From contig NC_069003.1 in the NCBI RefSeq assembly GCF_001194135.2, forward strand, positions 11,805,529 through 11,869,528: a DNA stretch of 64,000 bases. Direction: 5' to 3'. The notes below the pieces were generated by a model. The model did not search any database. It saw only the letters and a program-made list of their open reading frames with translations, and was not told the origin of the DNA. This DNA comes from Octopus bimaculoides. Taxonomy: Eukaryota. Shown piece by piece: positions 62,488-64,000 of this stretch; position 1 is the first letter of the stretch, and every line of letters begins with the position of its first letter. A program made the translations under genes and the position numbers.

Positions 62488-64000
62488 AAATAAAATCAGG
62501 AGGTGTCCGTCTAAAGCATTTCTTTTCGAACATTAAGACAACCGATGTTAAAGGATTAGAAACGGTTTCGAAATCGGGTCGCGCCGTCATTTAATTACAA
62601 CTATTTATTCCAAAATCTTAAACTCGAATTTAACAGGAAATGCCACCAGACACGGCAAATGTATAGCAAATATTTATATAGGCCTANNNNNNNNNNNNNN
62701 NNNNNNNNNNNNNNNNNNNNNNNNNNNNNNNNNNNNNNNNNNNNNNNNNNNNNNNNNNNNNNNNNNNNNNNNNNNNNNNNNNNNNNNNNNNNNNNNNNNN
62801 NNNNNNNNNNNNNNNNNNNNNNNNNNNNNNNNNNNNNNNNNNNNNNNNNNNNNNNNNNNNNNNNNNNNNNNNNNNNNNNNNNNNNNNNNNNNNNNNNNNN
62901 NNNNNNNNNNNNNNNNNNNNNNNNNNNNNNNNNNATATATATATTGCAACTGTTAAGTTTTTACGAGTAGTTAGGTCGAATGATAGATAGTATACAGGTA
63001 GTTAAATGGAAACCTTTTAATAAAAAAAACATTCGCTATAAATGAGTTTTTCTTTCCGCATACTTGTAAAATAATTTTGAAAAGATAACATTTTTTCTTT
63101 TTCTCGATTATTCTAAATTTGCGAGAAAGTCTCCTCGCCCCTTTAAATCTTCGCACACACACATATATTATATATATATATATGTGTGTGTATATGTATA
63201 TGTATATACGCAAGCGCGCATATATATTATATATAGTTGTACTTCAATTATTTCAAGAGGAATGTAGTCGTTCTAAGTGTTAGAAATAGCAGTTAAAACT
63301 CTTTCGAAACACACTCTAGCGTCTTCTAGAAGGGAGGAACCATTAGTAAACAATCATGTGTATGTGTGTGCGCGCGAGTATATGCATATACGTATATGTA
63401 TGTATGTATGCACATTTATACAAGGAGAAAAGAAAGATTGATCACAACTAGAATGTTTTTGCTAAGATACTTTGCGATAAACTCAGAGTTAAACAACAAC
63501 TCTGCACATTCGGATGTGTATCAATTTCTAGACCCACATCTGATTTTTTTTCTGCTCATTTGTTTTGTTTTTTCTTTCCCCGCAATAAAAAAAAAACTTA
63601 AGAAGTCTGTTCTTGTTTCTCAGTCCTCAGTTCAGCCCCGATGGCGTAGATGTATGATCGAAGCCGTTCCAACCGCAACAGTCCCGGCTTTTTATATGCA
63701 TCATCATTAAAGGCTACATCATCAAATAAATCCTTTTCTTCACCCTCTTTTTTTTAAGAAACCGTGTGTGATTTGGGAGGGATTTAGCTGTTGTTTCTAA
63801 CAGATCAACTGACCTGCTCACTCAGCTAAGCAAAGAATAAATTTTTTAAAAAACGGTGAAGAAACGAAAGAAAAATAAAGCATACAAAAGAAGACGAAAG
63901 GATGATACTCACCGATAAGGCCCCCAATTAAGAAGAATATAACCAGAGCAATGAATAAACATATCCCTAAAAAGGATAGCTTTCTCCAACTTAAAGTTTC
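21156..64000 (-). CDS. wls: Wntless (Wls/Evi/GPR177/MIG-14), 13 coding exons, 5' end truncated by the window edge; 1620 nt CDS in window = 539 aa + stop
   Basis: Exons joined by hand, all with GT-AG ends and matching phases: 64000-63913, 39811-39518, 37314-37184, 35964-35809, 33869-33733, 32852-32812, 30029-29902, 28034-27937, 26478-26415, 24943-24800, 23787-23634, 22745-22662, 21256-21156. The product is colinear with human WLS ([69 protein letters not shown]). Confidence 0.96.
21448..21965 (+). mobile_element. R4/Dong-like (RLE-type) non-LTR retrotransposon RT fragment in the last wls intron
   Basis: [57 protein letters not shown]; abuts (TAA)n. Confidence 0.85.
21966..22290 (-). mobile_element. 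tRNA-derived SINE
   Basis: On -: GTGAAGGCGCATGGCTCAGTGGTT (A box)...GAGTTTGAATCCC (B box), followed by a body shared with 25250-25570. Confidence 0.75.
22662..22745 (-). CDS. wls: wls exon 12: [28 protein letters not shown]
   Basis: Acceptor ttgcAG, donor GTAACT; 84 nt, phase 1-1. Confidence 0.94.
23634..23787 (-). CDS. wls: wls exon 11: [37 protein letters not shown]...SAFFT
   Basis: Acceptor ttgtAG, donor GTAAGG; 154 nt, phase 0-1. Confidence 0.96.
23850..23960. mobile_element. Tc1/mariner-type MITE copy 1 (111 bp)
   Basis: TIR CAGGGTGTCCACAAAGTCTGGGTACATGG with TA flanks. Confidence 0.9.
24800..24943 (-). CDS. wls: wls exon 10: [21 protein letters not shown]...SRRKYYQ
   Basis: U12-type branch point upstream, acceptor tttcAG, donor GTAACA; 144 nt, phase 0-0. 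Confidence 0.95.
24944..26414 (-). other. wls: U12-type (minor spliceosome, GT-AG subtype) intron 9 of wls
   Basis: 5' splice site GTATCCTT (26414-26407). Branch point TTCCTTAAC (24962-24954), 10 nt before the end of the 3' AG, with no real polypyrimidine tract between them. Confidence 0.92.
25250..25575 (+). mobile_element. tRNA-derived SINE inside the U12 intron; related copy at 51418-51750
   Basis: tRNA-like head TGGCTTAATGGTTAG...GAGTTTGATTCCC; shared body GTGTCACGCTG...GGATCAACTGGAACCC. Confidence 0.75.
26415..26478 (-). CDS. wls: wls exon 9: [22 protein letters not shown]
   Basis: Acceptor ttgcAG; donor is U12-type GTATCCTT; 64 nt, phase 2-0. Confidence 0.94.
26738..26838. repeat. Perfect 46-bp inverted repeat with a 9-nt loop
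   Basis: AGTAGAACTATTTATCATCATAAATATACAGGGATTAGCAATTGAG + TTGCTTCTC + exact reverse complement. Confidence 0.95.
27131..27383. repeat. Fold-back element: 121-bp arms, 11-nt loop, 8 mismatches
   Basis: The outer 62 bp are perfectly complementary; aligned by hand. Confidence 0.93.
27937..28034 (-). CDS. wls: wls exon 8: [33 protein letters not shown]
   Basis: Acceptor ctgtAG, donor GTAAGA; 98 nt, phase 0-2. Confidence 0.94.
29902..30029 (-). CDS. wls: wls exon 7: [43 protein letters not shown]
   Basis: Acceptor ctgcAG, donor GTGAGT; 128 nt, phase 1-0. Confidence 0.96.
32122..32194 (+). ncRNA. Type I hammerhead ribozyme, Penelope-type with palindromic stem III
   Basis: Stem I AATACAG/CTGCATT; core CTGATGA; stem II AGACT/AGTCT extended by TCAAA/TTTGA and TACGTT/AACGTA with a GTGA tetraloop; GAAA; ACCGGT; GTC cleavage triplet (32185-32187). 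Confidence 0.85.
32545..32671. mobile_element. Same MITE family, copy 2 (127 bp)
   Basis: Same TIRs and TA flanks; near-identical core. Confidence 0.9.
32812..32852 (-). CDS. wls: wls exon 6 (41 nt): [14 protein letters not shown]
   Basis: Strong pyrimidine tract + ttacAG, donor GTAAGT. Phase 2-1 exactly bridges exons 5 and 7; matches human VIFALGISMTFIN. Confidence 0.93.
33733..33869 (-). CDS. wls: wls exon 5: [17 protein letters not shown]...PNLLER
   Basis: Acceptor tttcAG, donor GTGAGC; 137 nt, phase 0-2. Confidence 0.95.
35323..35594. mobile_element. hAT MITE (272 bp) with a perfect 8-bp TSD, nested in a SINE/LINE tail
   Basis: 16-bp perfect TIR CAGGGGTTTTCAAACT; TSD CTCTAGCT at 35315-35322 and 35595-35602. 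Confidence 0.92.
35809..35964 (-). CDS. wls: wls exon 4: [19 protein letters not shown]...[11 protein letters not shown]
   Basis: Acceptor ttgcAG, donor GTGAGT; 156 nt, phase 0-0. Confidence 0.95.
36320..36722 (+). pseudogene. Degenerate mariner transposase 3' end with TIR
   Basis: [35 protein letters not shown]; ends GGATACTTCTTGACTATACCTTGTA. Confidence 0.85.
37184..37314 (-). CDS. wls: wls exon 3: [16 protein letters not shown]...[11 protein letters not shown]
   Basis: Acceptor gtacAG, donor GTAAGT; 131 nt, phase 1-0. Confidence 0.95.
39518..39811 (-). CDS. wls: wls exon 2: [15 protein letters not shown]...[11 protein letters not shown]
   Basis: Acceptor ttttcAG, donor GTAAGT; 294 nt, phase 1-1. 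Confidence 0.95.
40689..41046 (-). mobile_element. SINE family A, young copy
   Basis: Reverse complement of the family A consensus, including the tRNA-like head. Confidence 0.85.
43757..44150. mobile_element. Two piggyBac-type MITE copies in inverted orientation; other copies at about 37983-38420, 54115-54330 and 54970-55195
   Basis: Ends TTAACC(C/T)TTTAGCATT...AATGCT(A/T)AAGGGTTAA with TTAA target sites. Confidence 0.75.
45125..45980. mobile_element. Rearranged RTE-clade LINE RT fragments (45125-45551 on -, about 45790-45980 on +)
   Basis: - strand: [37 protein letters not shown]. + strand: [22 protein letters not shown]. Confidence 0.88.
46075..46330 (-). mobile_element. Penelope-like element, degenerate GIY-YIG endonuclease C-terminal fragment
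   Basis: [24 protein letters not shown]...[12 protein letters not shown]...HCKH resembles the PLE pattern TELSK.IW.LKD...F.I.W.I...C.LC..EK..I...CRH. Confidence 0.65.
47500..48860. mobile_element. Cluster of 5-6 degenerate piggyBac-type MITE copies
   Basis: Repeated ends TTAACCCTTTTGATA(C/A)CAA...TGGTAACAAAAGGGTTAA and a shared core (CTATGATACAAAC...AATTAAAACCTTCCATC). Confidence 0.65.
48416..48805 (+). mobile_element. SINE family A
   Basis: Family A consensus with an (AGTAAAG)n tail. Confidence 0.85.
49141..49267. mobile_element. Same MITE family, copy 3 (127 bp), inserted at a TA in a SINE tail
   Basis: Same TIRs. The flanks rejoin to AATCCTTTCTA..TATA(G/A)GCACAAGGCCTG, the reverse complement of the SINE tail seen at 53330-53360. 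Confidence 0.88.
51042..51378 (+). mobile_element. SINE family A; ends at an N gap
   Basis: Family A consensus including the head. Confidence 0.85.
52128..52162 (+). ncRNA. Minimal hammerhead-like motif, core variant CCGACGA, probably inactive
   Basis: GTTT-CCGACGA-A-GAGC/TCT/GCTC-GAAA-CGTC-ATAC; palindromic ACGT stem III; one mismatch in stem I. Confidence 0.55.
52878..53366 (+). mobile_element. Two tandem SINE family B copies separated by (ATT)n; inverted copies at 48899-49110, 49270-49475 and 49998-50180; another at 30623-30840
   Basis: Family B consensus with (ATT)n tails. Confidence 0.8.
53770..54045 (+). mobile_element. Degenerate RTE LINE 3' fragment; similar tails at 28840-29000, 38630-38730, 42760-43220 (-) and 46370-46580
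   Basis: Degraded RRLRWYGH / TWDEV / DRDLWR.AVLEKT-type segments. Confidence 0.55.
54436..54843 (-). mobile_element. SINE family A, full length
   Basis: Reverse complement of the family A consensus. Confidence 0.85.
55897..55941 (-). ncRNA. Decayed type I hammerhead (Penelope-type)
   Basis: On -: TCTGTG-CTGATGA-AGAGAAATAACCCA-GAAA-TCGTG-GTA-CACAGA. Stem I is intact at 6 bp; stem II is broken; stem III ATCGTGGT could derive from palindromic ACCGCGGT. Confidence 0.55.
56500..57470 (+). mobile_element. Run of SINE/LINE-tail family C copies ending in (GAT)n; others at 4690-4830, 12755-12940, 34560-34830, 38780-38995, 44240-44420 and 59900-60120
   Basis: GGAAGGGCATCCAGCTGTAGAAA...CCAACCCATGC(T/A)AGCATGGAA...CGTTAAA(CGAT)n. 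Confidence 0.7.
57590..57960 (+). mobile_element. Degenerate RTE LINE 3' end
   Basis: [30 protein letters not shown], then RLRLSGH-like sequence. Confidence 0.75.
58497..59160 (+). mobile_element. 5'-truncated RTE LINE with an inverted 5' segment and (AGAT)n tail, inserted into a SINE
   Basis: 58497-58765 on -: KTE...[10 protein letters not shown]...[10 protein letters not shown]. 58766-59154 on +: [18 protein letters not shown]...LAGHCIRH...RGRRKTTY...W. Confidence 0.9.
61340..62090. repeat. Degenerate GGTAGACAG-rich satellite-like tract
   Basis: Repeated AGGTAGACAG/GACAGAC motifs; strongly purine-biased + strand. Confidence 0.65.
63913..64000 (-). CDS. wls: wls coding exon 1 (partial): [29 protein letters not shown]
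   Basis: Matches the WLS N-terminus (ENMSTKKL...FLVGGLI). Donor G|GTGAGT, phase 1. Confidence 0.92.

Noticed and set aside
670-63213. Long ORF-track entries full of X, or of YI/HT/CV/SL runs
   Set aside because: They are artefacts of N gaps and dinucleotide microsatellites, not proteins.

Overview
Eukaryotic (invertebrate) genomic scaffold: AT-rich, dense in microsatellites and SINEs, with about a dozen N-gaps. The repeat landscape and the Wntless protein suggest a coleoid cephalopod, probably Octopus (inference). Two protein-coding genes are supported. (1) An intronless, intact CFAP57/WDR65-like ORF on + (5199-8570), probably a retrogene. (2) wntless (wls/GPR177) on -, assembled by hand from 13 coding exons (21156-64000; the start codon lies just beyond the window). 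All splice phases are compatible, and one intron is a U12-type minor-spliceosome intron. The rest is transposon-derived: a Gypsy RT split by a solo LTR, degenerate mariner transposases, Tc1/hAT/piggyBac-type MITEs, RTE, R4/Dong-like and Penelope fragments, and several tRNA-derived SINE families. The most notable unexplained structures are an apparently intact type I hammerhead ribozyme antisense in wls intron 6 (plus two degenerate ones in intron 1), three consecutive fold-backs in the intron just upstream of the U12 intron, a twin-primed RTE insertion, and a CpG-decay domain with orphan exon-like segments extending about 10 kb past the wls stop. No prokaryotic-type system or CRISPR array was seen.
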